35,531 nucleotides of DNA from an uncultured Thermococci archaeon (GCA_964487115.1 CAZAPD010000131.1:1-35531), one strand, 5' to 3'. Shown: positions 1-10,263, numbered from the stretch's first letter. Notes: generated by a model from the sequence alone, not told the origin. Numbers and translations: made by a program.

Positions 1-1
1 T

Positions 2-382
2 GATACTCAGGCGGTTATTGCTGGTGTTGCGCCGAGGGTTTATGATTTACTTGTTCCGGAGGGGTTCAAGCCGACTCAGGAAGAGCAGTTGAAGAGTTAT
101 GATGCAAAAGCAGGAAAACTGGCAACAGTCAAAATGATACCTCTATTCAAGAAAGAAAGCCCAACTCCCACTGAAACCAGTACAACTACAACTTCAGCGA
201 CATCAAGCACAACCTCAACTTCATCCTCAAGTAGCAGTACTGTAATGACTTCATCGAGCAGTTCCGCATCAGCAACAGGCTCTTCATCAACTTCCTCAAC
301 GACGAGTGGTGGCAAGACTTGTGGTCCGGCAGCACTGATAGGACTCGCACTAATCCCACTCCTCCTCAGAAGAAGAAAGTGA
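2..382 (+). CDS. 3' end (5'-partial) of a secreted glucodextranase DOMON-like / amylopullulanase-type protein with Ser/Thr linker and CGP-CTERM anchor
   Basis: The frame is open from base 2: DTQAVIAGVAPRVYDLLVPEGFKPTQEEQLKSYDAKAGKLATVKMIPL, which resembles the C-terminal DOMON-like repeat of Thermococcales amylopullulanases. It is followed by an S/T-rich tract and GGKTCGPAALIGLALIPLLLRRRK. Confidence 0.75.
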   Translation, partial: DTQAVIAGVAPRVYDLLVPEGFKPTQEEQLKSYDAKAGKLATVKMIPLFKKESPTPTETSTTTTSATSSTTSTSSSSSSTVMTSSSSSASATGSSSTSSTTSGGKTCGPAALIGLALIPLLLRRRK

Positions 383-507
383 CACCACTTCCTTCATTAT
401 TTATTTTATAAAAAACCCCGGTTGGTTTGAAAATGTCGCTCATTTGCTGTTTGCTGAAAAAACGTAAATTATTTTCGTGTTTATTTTGTATTTGACATTT
501 TTTTGTA

Positions 508-521
508 GCAAAACTTTAAAG
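508..521 (+). promoter_or_regulatory. Putative BRE/TATA promoter of the ABC importer operon
   Basis: gcaaaa-ctttaaag about 35-45 bp upstream of ATG 557; SD gaggtga at 545-551. Confidence 0.45.
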
Positions 522-556
522 AATGATTCAAAAACTCTGAAATTGAGGTGAGGAGT

Positions 557-2059
557 ATGAAAAAAGGCCTTGCAGCGTTGGTTGTACTCTTGACAATATT
601 CAGCGTCGTTGCAGCTGGATGTATCGGCGGAGGGGCAACTACTTCTTCATCGACACCCTCTCCGAGCCCAAGTCCCACCCAGACCCAGAGCACCACTCAA
701 TCAACCACGACTTCTTCAACAACTCAGAGTGCATCTCCAACTGAAACATCCACAAGTACTCAATCAACAGCAGGCATTACTCTAATTGTTTTAACCAGAC
801 ATGATACTACAATCCAGTTGCTTGCTAAAAAGGCTTTTCTGAAGAGTGATATAGCCAAGAAATACCATATAGTAAATGTCAAATTTATTAAAGCCACCGA
901 GTCTCAATGGATAACTCTAATCAAAAAAGGAGCTGATGTTGGTTGGGGAGGAGGGCCCACACTGTTCGATACATTATATCAGGATGGATACTTAGCTCCA
1001 ATCACAGATAAAAATGTTCTTGGATTGATTGGTAGTGTCATACCCGAGCAGATTGCAGGAATGCCGATGATCAGAAAAGGAGATGATGGTAAGATTTACT
1101 GGATTGCAGCTGCTCTATCCTCCTTCGGCTTTACAGTTAACAAAAACGCCCTCAAGCGGTGGAATCTTCCTGTTCCCCAAAAGTGGGAGGACATAGCAAG
1201 TGAAACTTTTGCCCTTGATCCACCACAGTTTGGCATTGCTGATCCTACAAGGAGCACTTCAAATACGAGAATCTATCAGATTATTCTTCAGGCTTTTGGA
1301 TGGGATAAAGGATGGCAGATTCTAACAATTATAGCTGCCAATTCTAAAGTCTATGATGCAAGTGATGCTGTCAGGGAGGCTGTTATTCAGGGTGACATAG
1401 CCGCAGGAAACACTATTGATTTCTATGGATACATAGCGATGCAGGCAAATCCTGCATGTGTTTATATCATTCCAAAGGGGGAGAGTATAATCAATGGCGA
1501 TCCGATAGCCCTCTTGAAATACTCCCAGCATCCGGATGCGGCTCAGGCATTTATTTACTGGGTTCTGACCGATGGTCAGAAGATATGGCTGAATAAAGAG
1601 GTTAATAGACTTCCAGTTAATCCTAAGATCTTTGATACCCCTGAAGGCAAGAAGAGGCCTGATCTCAAGAATGCATACTATCTCGCACTCTATACTAAGG
1701 GCATCAAATTTGACGACAAGGAGGCTCTTGACACAGTCTATGCAATGCAGTTCTACTTTAAGGCAACATTGGTAGATACAAATGATTTACTCCACAGGGC
1801 ATGGGTTTCTCTCGTAGATGCTCATAAGAAGGGTAAAATAGATGATGCAACATACGAGAAACTCAAAGCTGAGCTTCTTGCGCCTATTAAATTTAAAGAC
1901 CCTGAAACAGGTAAGATTGTAACATTCACAGAGGATTATGCCAAGAAAATCAACCAGAGGATTATCAAAGATCCGAGCTTTAAAGACACCCTTCTCCAAG
2001 AATGGAGAAACGCCGCGAGAGACAAGTACAATAAGGTCCTCCAGGAGGTGCAGGGATGA
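557..2059 (+). CDS. ABC transporter substrate-binding lipoprotein (Fe3+/thiamine/AfuA-like family)
   Basis: Signal peptide with lipobox-like AAGCIGG, S/T linker, GWGGGPTLFD, DPTRSTS and GDPIALLK motifs. Start moved to ATG 557 on the basis of the SD. Confidence 0.88.
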   Translation: MKKGLAALVVLLTIFSVVAAGCIGGGATTSSSTPSPSPSPTQTQSTTQSTTTSSTTQSASPTETSTSTQSTAGITLIVLTRHDTTIQLLAKKAFLKSDIAKKYHIVNVKFIKATESQWITLIKKGADVGWGGGPTLFDTLYQDGYLAPITDKNVLGLIGSVIPEQIAGMPMIRKGDDGKIYWIAAALSSFGFTVNKNALKRWNLPVPQKWEDIASETFALDPPQFGIADPTRSTSNTRIYQIILQAFGWDKGWQILTIIAANSKVYDASDAVREAVIQGDIAAGNTIDFYGYIAMQANPACVYIIPKGESIINGDPIALLKYSQHPDAAQAFIYWVLTDGQKIWLNKEVNRLPVNPKIFDTPEGKKRPDLKNAYYLALYTKGIKFDDKEALDTVYAMQFYFKATLVDTNDLLHRAWVSLVDAHKKGKIDDATYEKLKAELLAPIKFKDPETGKIVTFTEDYAKKINQRIIKDPSFKDTLLQEWRNAARDKYNKVLQEVQG

Positions 2060-4248
2060 AGGTGAGTAAGTGGAGCGAGAGGCTCTTTGGCACACCCCTT
2101 TTTGAGCCTCTCGTTTCGTTTTCCTATCTTTTTCCTCTGTTGTATTTGATAATATTCCTGATAGTACCTGTGTTGGCAATGTTACTGATAGCTTTTTCCT
2201 ATAATGGTCATATCTCGCTACACTGGTTTAGGGAGATTTTGGGAACCGCTGATTATGTGCAAATTCCTCCCGTAGGATCATTGGTTGAAAAAAGTATCAT
2301 CCCGGGTACAGGGGTCACACTTTATGTTATCAGAGGTGTTGATTTTGGTATTGTACTTAATTCCCTAATTGTTGGGGCTATTGTCACATTTCTTGCCTCG
2401 GTATTGGGAACGATATTTGCTTTTCTCATGGCAAGATATGATTTTAGAGGTAAGAACTTTTTTAGAATAGCCCTGTTTATTCCGCTACTTGTTACTCCCT
2501 TCGTCAATGCATACGTTATCAAATCAATGTTCAGTGAGTACGGTTTTATAAACTACTTTCTGTATCCCCTGCTTGGCTTCAGGATTAAAATCGATGGGCT
2601 TGCAGGTGTTGCACTTGCCCAAGCTATCACTTACTATCCAATAGTCTATCTGAACGCCTATGCCAGTTTTATTAACATAGATCCCACACTTGAGGAGCAG
2701 GCAGAGAATCTTGGGAGTAAGGGCTTTCATTTGTTCAGAACTGTGACATTCCCTCTGGCTCTCCCGGGAATAGCGGCAGGTGCAACGCTTGTTTTTATCT
2801 TTAGTCTTGAAGATTTAGCAGCTCCTATAGTCTTCCATGGAGACCCTCTGGCAAAGAAGCTTATGTCATACGAAATATTTAGCAAGTTCCTCTTTGGAAC
2901 CGGTGAGAGGAGTCCCTTAATAGCTGCACTCTCAATAATAATGCTCGTGCTTGCAATACTTGCATTCCTTGGAATCAGAAAATACGTGAGTCTCAGGCAG
3001 TATGCCATGATAAGCAAGGGAGGAAGGTGGAAGCCCCGTGTAGCTAAGCCCAAGCACTGGCAGGCTTTAATAATTTACTTTATCATGCTTCCACTTTTGA
3101 TATTTACCATACTGCCTCAACTTGGGGTTATTCATTTAGCATTCAGTCAGGAACAAACTGTTATTGGTAATGTAACTAATGTTCCGGGAGAAATTACGGG
3201 TACTATATTGACAAATGCCGAATTTAATGAGGAAACTGTTCCTTTGCAGGGTTTTTTCCAAGGCCAGCTAATTGCAGGTAAAGGTAGAATAGGGCCTATA
3301 AACGGGACACTCGATGGATTTTTCCAAGGAACAGCCCATGTTAAGGGTAATCAGGTTACAATAGAAGGAAAGATATCAGATGCGAGATTTCAGGGAGAAA
3401 CCCGGAAATATGGATTTGTTGTTGCTTACGTCAATGGGCAGGTAACAGGGAATGGAGTGATAACAGGGCAGGGTCTCAACATAACGGCCAAAATAACTGC
3501 GGACATATCAAACTTACCCGTAGGAAAGAAAACTGGATTCACTCTAAAACACATTAAAGAAATGCTTGGAAATCCTGATGTGAGAAGATACATTATTAAC
3601 AGCTTAACATATTCCTTCCTCGCCGTTATCTTCATAATTCTTCTCTCAATAACTTCCTCGTATGCAACTGGAAGATTCAAAGGAGCTCTAACTCCCGTTC
3701 TTGAAAGTATAGTCATCCTGCCAATAGCTGTCCCGGGTATCGTTGTGGCCATGGGATACTTTTACTTCTTCCACCAGATATTCCCCGGAACCCCCCTTGA
3801 CCCGACGAATCTGAAGGGCTTTAATCCTGCCTATGTACTCATACTTGCATATTCCATAAGAAGACTTCCGTTTGCGGCTCGTTCTGTCTATGCTGGTCTG
3901 CAACAGGTTCATGTTTCCCTTGAAGAGGCTTCAATGAACTTGGGAGCGAGCAGATGGAAGACCATAACGAGCATACTATTGCCCATGATTTCACTGAATG
4001 TTTTTGGCGGTGCAATGCTCAGCTTTGTCTATGCGATGAGTGAAACAAGCGTCGGTATAACACTCGGTTCCCTTAACATGGATAAGGCTCCTATAACAGC
4101 ATTCATGAAAGACGTTATGATGTCAGCCGCAGGGAGTGTCAATATAGCGGCAGCTCTTGGTGTGCTGCTTATAACTGTCCAGATAACGTCAATCGTGCTT
4201 GTTAATCTCATAACCAAGCAGAAATATTCCTTCATAGGTTTGACATGA
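2056..4248 (+). CDS. ABC transporter permease (duplicated FbpB/ThiP-type) with a large inserted loop
   Basis: Two EAA loops (LEEQAENLGS, LEEASMNLGA), many TM helices, ATGA overlap with the SBP gene. Confidence 0.9.
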   Translation: MKVSKWSERLFGTPLFEPLVSFSYLFPLLYLIIFLIVPVLAMLLIAFSYNGHISLHWFREILGTADYVQIPPVGSLVEKSIIPGTGVTLYVIRGVDFGIVLNSLIVGAIVTFLASVLGTIFAFLMARYDFRGKNFFRIALFIPLLVTPFVNAYVIKSMFSEYGFINYFLYPLLGFRIKIDGLAGVALAQAITYYPIVYLNAYASFINIDPTLEEQAENLGSKGFHLFRTVTFPLALPGIAAGATLVFIFSLEDLAAPIVFHGDPLAKKLMSYEIFSKFLFGTGERSPLIAALSIIMLVLAILAFLGIRKYVSLRQYAMISKGGRWKPRVAKPKHWQALIIYFIMLPLLIFTILPQLGVIHLAFSQEQTVIGNVTNVPGEITGTILTNAEFNEETVPLQGFFQGQLIAGKGRIGPINGTLDGFFQGTAHVKGNQVTIEGKISDARFQGETRKYGFVVAYVNGQVTGNGVITGQGLNITAKITADISNLPVGKKTGFTLKHIKEMLGNPDVRRYIINSLTYSFLAVIFIILLSITSSYATGRFKGALTPVLESIVILPIAVPGIVVAMGYFYFFHQIFPGTPLDPTNLKGFNPAYVLILAYSIRRLPFAARSVYAGLQQVHVSLEEASMNLGASRWKTITSILLPMISLNVFGGAMLSFVYAMSETSVGITLGSLNMDKAPITAFMKDVMMSAAGSVNIAAALGVLLITVQITSIVLVNLITKQKYSFIGLT

Positions 4249-4257
4249 GGTGAGAAT

Positions 4258-5319
4258 ATGGTTGAGGTCAAGCTTGAGAATATAGTTAAAACATTTGGAG
4301 AAACAGTCGCCTTGAAAGGGATAAGCTTACACATAAAACATGGAGAATTATTTACCCTCCTCGGACCTTCAGGATGTGGGAAATCAACTACATTGAGAAT
4401 TATAGCAGGACTCGACTTTCCTGATAGCGGAAAGATATGGTTTGATAAAGATGAAGTGACATACCTAAGCTCAAGTGAAAGAGGAGCTGTTTTAGTCTTC
4501 CAGAATTATGCTCTCTGGCCCCATATGAGCGTCTTTGACAATGTTGCATACGGTTTAAAGATCAAGAAGTTGCCCAAGGATGAAATCGAAAAGAAGGTTA
4601 AATGGGCTCTTGAGCTCGTCAAACTTACAGGATTTGAGGATAGATACCCAACGCAGCTCAGCGGTGGACAGCAACAGCGTGTTGCCATAGCGAGGGCTCT
4701 TGTTGTGGAGCCGCGGCTCCTTCTTCTTGATGAACCTTTAAGTAACCTTGACGCCAAGCTGAGGCTTGAAATGCGTTCCGAGATAAGGAGGATCCAGAGA
4801 GAGCTTGGAATCACTGTGCTCTATGTTACCCATGATCAGGAGGAGGCAATGGCCATAAGCGATAGAATAGCAGTGATGAATGTGGGGACAGTCGAGCAAG
4901 TTGGAACTCCAAAGGATATATATGAGAATCCAAGAACAGAATTCGTTGCATCCTTTATGGGCAAGACGAATGTTATACCTGCCAAAGTCATTAAAAGAAA
5001 TGGAGATAAAGTTACAGTGGAGTTTGAAAATTTCAAGTTGGATGGGTTAACTTATACAGAGAAATCGGATAATGTGGTTATTGTCATAAGACCAGAAAGA
5101 ATAAGCCTGAAACCTGTTGAAAACAGCATATCCTTGACAGGAAAGGTTGATTTAGTTGAATATTATGGGTTCTTTACAGAGGTTATTGGTCTCTTTGGAG
5201 AAACAAGGATAATATCTCGGACTATAAGCGATAGAGAAGCAACATACCTAAGACCTCAGGATGAAGTTACGTTTTATATTAACAGAGATGATATAATAGT
5301 ACTTCCAAAACAGCTTTAG
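4258..5319 (+). CDS. ABC transporter ATP-binding protein (PotA/FbpC-like, C-terminal TOBE)
   Basis: Walker A GPSGCGKS, signature LSGGQQQR, Walker B LLLLDEP, H-loop VTHD; SD gaggtga. Confidence 0.95.
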   Translation: MVEVKLENIVKTFGETVALKGISLHIKHGELFTLLGPSGCGKSTTLRIIAGLDFPDSGKIWFDKDEVTYLSSSERGAVLVFQNYALWPHMSVFDNVAYGLKIKKLPKDEIEKKVKWALELVKLTGFEDRYPTQLSGGQQQRVAIARALVVEPRLLLLDEPLSNLDAKLRLEMRSEIRRIQRELGITVLYVTHDQEEAMAISDRIAVMNVGTVEQVGTPKDIYENPRTEFVASFMGKTNVIPAKVIKRNGDKVTVEFENFKLDGLTYTEKSDNVVIVIRPERISLKPVENSISLTGKVDLVEYYGFFTEVIGLFGETRIISRTISDREATYLRPQDEVTFYINRDDIIVLPKQL

Positions 5320-5362
5320 CTTTGAAACCTGTTTTCTTTTTAATTTCACATGGGGTGGTTGC

Positions 5363-5977
5363 ATGCTTGAGTATTTTGAAGATGGTAAGATATATGAAAC
5401 CATACTTGTAACCAGCAATAATGCTACTCCCGTTGGGGTAATTAAGAATGGTCAGACGCTATTCTTCAAACTTTTTAAAGGAAGGAGTTTTGTTGACATA
5501 ACAGAATTTCCTTTTGCTTCAATTCAGATAACAAATGATGTGGAACTTCTCATTAAGTTAGCACTCAACATACCAGTGGAATTAAGATTTTATAAATTCA
5601 AAAAATGGAGACTTATCGAGAATTTACCCGGAATTTATGGAAGAGTTGAGTTTAATGAGAAAAGATGGAGTGATGAATTTGGTGAGAGCATCATCTTGGA
5701 ATGTCTTTTGATGCCTGAAGGGGAAGTTAAGGGGCAGTTGCCTTTAAAGCCATTAAGCCGGGCAGATTATGCTTTACTGGAAATGGCAGTTTATTTTACT
5801 AAGATCCCCCCATTGATAAAGATGAGTAACGTTGAAATGATAAAGAACACCTATTTAAAAATTCGGGAGAGATACGAACTTTACAGACATCTTGGCGGAA
5901 AAAGTGAACTCGCAGATTTTATGATGAACAAAACTGGAGAATATCTTTCCATGCTCAAAGAAACTACAGATACGTAA
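5363..5977 (+). CDS. DUF447 family protein (split-barrel-like)
   Basis: YETILVT..NATPVGV N-terminus and PLSRAD..LLEMAV helix typical of archaeal DUF447. Confidence 0.65.
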   Translation: MLEYFEDGKIYETILVTSNNATPVGVIKNGQTLFFKLFKGRSFVDITEFPFASIQITNDVELLIKLALNIPVELRFYKFKKWRLIENLPGIYGRVEFNEKRWSDEFGESIILECLLMPEGEVKGQLPLKPLSRADYALLEMAVYFTKIPPLIKMSNVEMIKNTYLKIRERYELYRHLGGKSELADFMMNKTGEYLSMLKETTDT

Positions 5978-6068
5978 CCATAAACTGGGGATTTATAATA
6001 AAAAGCTCCCAAGACTGGAAAAGGAAAACTTATAATTAATAGCATTAATCTTTGATAGGTGATAATCT

Positions 6069-8138
6069 ATGAAAAGAGCTGTTGCTATACTCTTGGCTGT
6101 TATGGTATTGTTTTTAGTGCAGATGCCTTCAGCAAAAGCAGAGGTATATCCCAGAGATATTTTTGTAACCCCAAGCATTGGAGTACCCGCTATTGGTGTT
6201 CCGGGAGGAAATATCACATTAGAGCTTCAAAAAGGTGTTCAGATAAGCTCACTTGCCATAGTGTCTGTTCTTCATGGGCCTTATGTTCTTCAGATAGTTG
6301 GGCAGGAAGGAAACCTATTGACCGTAAAAATACCAGAAAATGTGGCCCCCGGTGATTATTTCCTTCAGGTGAAGTCAAATAAAGGCGACATAACTATTCC
6401 AAATGGAGTATGGGTTCTTAAAGAGTATCCCAAAGTATTGAGGATAGCCCAAGTAAGTGACACCCATGTAACCAGTGGATCTAAAATAGGATTTGTATGC
6501 AGGCAATATTTCCAGAGAAATCCAATAAAACTTGCTGAACTCTGTGAGCCTGTTATACCCCTTCACAGTGTTGTTGCAACAGACAGTGCTTACACATACT
6601 GGGCAATGCAGGATAACGTAGATGTCATAATAAATACGGGAGATGACGTCGATACTTCGGGAGATCTCACAGGATATAAGATTATATACAACATAATGAG
6701 TGAAGCTGCTGCGGCAGGAAAACCTCTAATCAACATAAAAGGCAATCATGATGATCCTCCGACAGTTTACTCAAAGCTTATCGGACCAAGATATTTTTAT
6801 GAGGTGATTGGAAACTTCCTTATTATCGGACTTGATAGCAGGGGAGATGAAGGGCATCCTGATATGACACAGATAGCATGGATGGAGAAGATTCTTGAGG
6901 AACACAAAGGGAAAATACCAATAGTTCTTGTGCATCATCCGGTGTTTTATTTTGGTCCTAATAGACAGTGGCTTGGTGGCACTATATCAGGTCTCGACCC
7001 TGTTGAAGATTGGGATCAACTTAAGGGATACCTGAGCAAATACTGGATGGGAGAACCGGACATTGCAAAACGCTTCATGGAGGATGTTGTGAAGTATAAC
7101 ATAAAACTCGTGTTGGCTGGACACATACATCACGATAAGTATCATTTATATATTGACAAAAATGGGAATAAACATTGGTTCATAACTTTAACTGCGACGG
7201 GAGCACCGGATAAGGAGACAAATCCTCCCACAAATCCCCGTCACAGTCCAACATGGTATGGTTCAAATTTGATTTTAGTTTATAGCAATGGTACTGTGGT
7301 TGATCCAAATGCACCAAAAATTAAGGACATGATGTCTGCTCCAATTCCTCAGGAATTCATTGTCTTTAGACATCATGGAGATGATGGAACAGCTATCAAA
7401 TTTATCAATGAGCTAAATAACAGTGTGCATGGACCAATAACTCTTGTTATTCCTGAAGGTGCAAAAATTGACCCCAGTGTTACAAATATAACATACACGG
7501 TCCTTGGAGAAAGAGAAATTGGTGGCAAATATTACCTTCTATTAAATGCAACGGTTCCAGTAGGAATTACACAAATTGTTGTGAGTAAGGAGAAGGATAC
7601 TCAGAAACCAGAAGTTAAGATAGCATATACTTTCCCAAGTAAGCCCATGAAAGGAAAGGCGTTTAAAGTCTACTTCAAGGCTTCGGATAATATCGGGATA
7701 AAAGATATATACGTTGAGATAGAGGCAAATGGAAAGATTTTCAGATATGTTGGAGAGCCAACAAAAGGAGATCCGACAAACACATTTTATGTCGCCCAGA
7801 TACCCGGTGTAAATGCAGACAAATACACAATTAGAGTTGTTGCAACTGATTTCTATGGAAACAAGGCTATTGCAGAGAAAGTTATGGGGAAAACCGCAAC
7901 ATCAACTACTTCTTCATCTCCTACTCAAACCCAGACCATGAGTACGACTACATCCACAACCACAAGTCACACACAAACTACATCGAGCTCCTCCATATCA
8001 ACAACATCTAAGGAAACGACATCTTCGCTAACATCGTCAACAACGAGCAGTGCGACAGGAGGTAAAACTTGCGGGCCAGCGGCTCTCATAGGACTAACGT
8101 TGCTACCACTTCTATTCAGGATGAGAAGAAGGAGATGA
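6069..8138 (+). CDS. Secreted calcineurin-like metallophosphoesterase with Ig-like domains, S/T linker and CGP-CTERM anchor
   Basis: Signal peptide; SDTH, TGDDVD, GNHD, HHP and GHIH metal motifs; C-terminal GGKTCGPAALIGL...RRRR. Confidence 0.88.
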   Translation: MKRAVAILLAVMVLFLVQMPSAKAEVYPRDIFVTPSIGVPAIGVPGGNITLELQKGVQISSLAIVSVLHGPYVLQIVGQEGNLLTVKIPENVAPGDYFLQVKSNKGDITIPNGVWVLKEYPKVLRIAQVSDTHVTSGSKIGFVCRQYFQRNPIKLAELCEPVIPLHSVVATDSAYTYWAMQDNVDVIINTGDDVDTSGDLTGYKIIYNIMSEAAAAGKPLINIKGNHDDPPTVYSKLIGPRYFYEVIGNFLIIGLDSRGDEGHPDMTQIAWMEKILEEHKGKIPIVLVHHPVFYFGPNRQWLGGTISGLDPVEDWDQLKGYLSKYWMGEPDIAKRFMEDVVKYNIKLVLAGHIHHDKYHLYIDKNGNKHWFITLTATGAPDKETNPPTNPRHSPTWYGSNLILVYSNGTVVDPNAPKIKDMMSAPIPQEFIVFRHHGDDGTAIKFINELNNSVHGPITLVIPEGAKIDPSVTNITYTVLGEREIGGKYYLLLNATVPVGITQIVVSKEKDTQKPEVKIAYTFPSKPMKGKAFKVYFKASDNIGIKDIYVEIEANGKIFRYVGEPTKGDPTNTFYVAQIPGVNADKYTIRVVATDFYGNKAIAEKVMGKTATSTTSSSPTQTQTMSTTTSTTTSHTQTTSSSSISTTSKETTSSLTSSTTSSATGGKTCGPAALIGLTLLPLLFRMRRRR

Positions 8139-8144
8139 CGACTA

Positions 8145-8158
8145 TTCTCTTTTTTATT
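8145..8158 (+). terminator. Putative oligo-T terminator
   Basis: T-rich tract (tctcttttttatt) directly after the stop codon. Confidence 0.4.
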
Positions 8159-8221
8159 CCTGACTTTATGGCAATTTTTTGAGGGAAGAATTTTTAAACC
8201 ATCTGGCCATTTTCCAATTGG

Positions 8222-8845
8222 GTGGTGCCCGTGAAGTTTAAAGGGAAGGCGTTTGGAAATACCGTGAGAATAGAGTTTGAAATCTTAAGTTTGAGTGAGC
8301 TTAAAATTGATGACTTGAGAGATTTTGACACTGATATATTGAAAATCGAACTTAGGTCAACTTCATCTGGGTTAAAACTCATAGGTATTTGGGAGGGCAG
8401 TGTTGAAAATGCTGGTGAGGGTATAAAAAAAGCTCTTAATGAAAGTTATAAGCTAAAAGAAAAGATTCTACGCAGGATAAAAACTAAAACTGAGGCTATA
8501 AGAGCAACAATGAAACAGTTAGGATTTAAAGAAGAGATTCTGGGATATGGGAATTTAATAAGATTCATGAAAAAAACCGGTAACTATGAGATAGTCGTCA
8601 TAACCTCAACTAAGGATGATATAGTTAGAGTTGAGGTATATGGGAATGATAAAAAGATAGTTGGGCCTGAGGTTGAAAGCCTCTTTAGTGATGTGGATGT
8701 TGAAGAGCTTGAAGTTTATGATTTAGAGGAGGAAGGTCGGGAAGAGAGACTTGTCATAAATCTTGAAATACCCCAAGGAGATGAAAAGCCAGAAACTAAA
8801 ATAGCTGAAGCCATAAAGATGATAGAGAATATGCTGATGGCTTAA
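8222..8845 (+). CDS. Hypothetical protein
   Basis: 207-aa ORF with typical Thermococcales E/K-rich composition; no recognised motif. Confidence 0.75.
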   Translation: MVPVKFKGKAFGNTVRIEFEILSLSELKIDDLRDFDTDILKIELRSTSSGLKLIGIWEGSVENAGEGIKKALNESYKLKEKILRRIKTKTEAIRATMKQLGFKEEILGYGNLIRFMKKTGNYEIVVITSTKDDIVRVEVYGNDKKIVGPEVESLFSDVDVEELEVYDLEEEGREERLVINLEIPQGDEKPETKIAEAIKMIENMLMA

Positions 8846-8924
8846 TGGTTTCTCTGTCTTTTTCCCTTTTCACGTCCAGTTTTCGGTCCGATACTACTTC
8901 GTGGAAACCATCTCAGCCCGAGAA

Positions 8925-8941
8925 TATCACCCTTGGTGTAT
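8925..8941 (+). promoter_or_regulatory. Thermococcales glycolytic motif (TGM, TrmBL1/Tgr site) upstream of the pgk promoter
   Basis: TATCAC-CCTTG-GTGTAT against consensus TATCAC-N5-GTGATA, immediately upstream of BRE/TATA (aaaataacc-ttttaat, 8942-8957). Confidence 0.7.
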
Positions 8942-8987
8942 AAAATAACCTTTTAATGTACCGGCTCAAGATTTCATCGGTGATGTA

Positions 8988-10232
8988 ATGTTTAAACTTA
9001 CTGATTTTGATTATCATGGTAAAACAGTCTTTCTTAGGGTTGACCTTAATTCACCAGTAAAGGAAGGGAAAATAATCAGTGATGCCCGTTTTAAAGGTGT
9101 TCTGCCGACAATTCTTTATCTTCTTGAACATGCTGCAAAGGTTGTTATTGGAACTCACCAGAGCAAACCTTACAGGGAGGATTACATAACTACAGAACAA
9201 CATGCCGAGATCCTGAGTGCCCTCTTGGATACTGAGGTTGAATATGTGGAGGATATATTTGGAAAATATGCCCGAGAGAGAATAAAGGCTCTTAAACCCG
9301 GCGAAGCTCTTATTCTGGAGAATCTTCGCTTTGCCGCCGAAGAGGTGAAATATAAACCCGTTGAAGACTGTGAAAAAACATTTTTTGTGAGAAAGCTTGC
9401 TCCTCTAATTGACTATGTTGTTAATGATGCATTTGCAGCCGCACATCGTTCTCAGCCCTCCCTCGTAGGTTTTGCCAGATTGAAACCGATGGCAATGGGT
9501 TTCCTTATGGAACAGGAGGTCAGGGCCCTTAGTAAAGCATATGAAAGCAGGGAGGGACCAAAGGTTTACGTTTTGGGAGGATCAAAGGTGAGTGACTCTC
9601 TAAAAGTGGCCCAAAATGTTTTGAAGAATAATAAAACTGATTTTGTTCTAACCGGTGGATTAATAGGACATGTGTTTACTCTCGCTAAGGGTTATGACCT
9701 CGGGGAAGCCAACATAGAATTTATGGATAAGAAAGGGTTGATTAAATTTGTAGACCTCGCCGAGGAGATACTCAACGAGTTCTATCCTCAGATAAGAACT
9801 CCCGTTGACTTTGCAGTAGATTATAAAGGAGAGAGGTTTGAGATAGACCTTCTTAGTGATGAGAAGAGGTTCTTTGATGAGTACCTAATATTGGACATCG
9901 GCTCCAGAACTGTAGAAAAATACAGAGAGATACTACAGAAGGCGAAAATAGTAGTGGCCAATGGTCCAATGGGTGTTTTTGAGAGAAAAGAATTTGCCTT
10001 TGGAACAGTGGGGGTGTTCAAAGCCATAGCCGAAAGTCCTGCTTTCTCGATTGTTGGGGGCGGGCACTCGATAGCGAGCATTTATCAGTACGGCATAAAA
10101 GGAATAAGTCATGTTTCAACAGGTGGAGGAGCAATGCTGAGCTTTTTTGCAGGTGAGAAACTGCCGGTGCTTGAGGCATTCAGGTTGAGCTATGAGAAGT
10201 TTAAGAAATCTATTAACAAGGTTACGGATTAG
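8988..10232 (+). CDS. pgk: Phosphoglycerate kinase
   Basis: RVDLNSP, LENLRF, NDAFAAAHR, NGPMGVFE and HVSTGGGA motifs. Confidence 0.97.
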   Translation: MFKLTDFDYHGKTVFLRVDLNSPVKEGKIISDARFKGVLPTILYLLEHAAKVVIGTHQSKPYREDYITTEQHAEILSALLDTEVEYVEDIFGKYARERIKALKPGEALILENLRFAAEEVKYKPVEDCEKTFFVRKLAPLIDYVVNDAFAAAHRSQPSLVGFARLKPMAMGFLMEQEVRALSKAYESREGPKVYVLGGSKVSDSLKVAQNVLKNNKTDFVLTGGLIGHVFTLAKGYDLGEANIEFMDKKGLIKFVDLAEEILNEFYPQIRTPVDFAVDYKGERFEIDLLSDEKRFFDEYLILDIGSRTVEKYREILQKAKIVVANGPMGVFERKEFAFGTVGVFKAIAESPAFSIVGGGHSIASIYQYGIKGISHVSTGGGAMLSFFAGEKLPVLEAFRLSYEKFKKSINKVTD

Positions 10233-10263
10233 ACTGAAATGAAGGAGAAATAGGAGCCAATTG

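Noticed and set aside
160..310. Repetitive acn/tcn tracts (also about 640-770 and 7890-8060) as tandem repeats or CRISPR
   Set aside because: They encode Ser/Thr linkers. No constant repeat-spacer structure was seen anywhere in the window.
6059..6355. 98-aa Cys-rich alternative-frame ORF
   Set aside because: Overlaps the phosphoesterase gene out of frame; no independent support.
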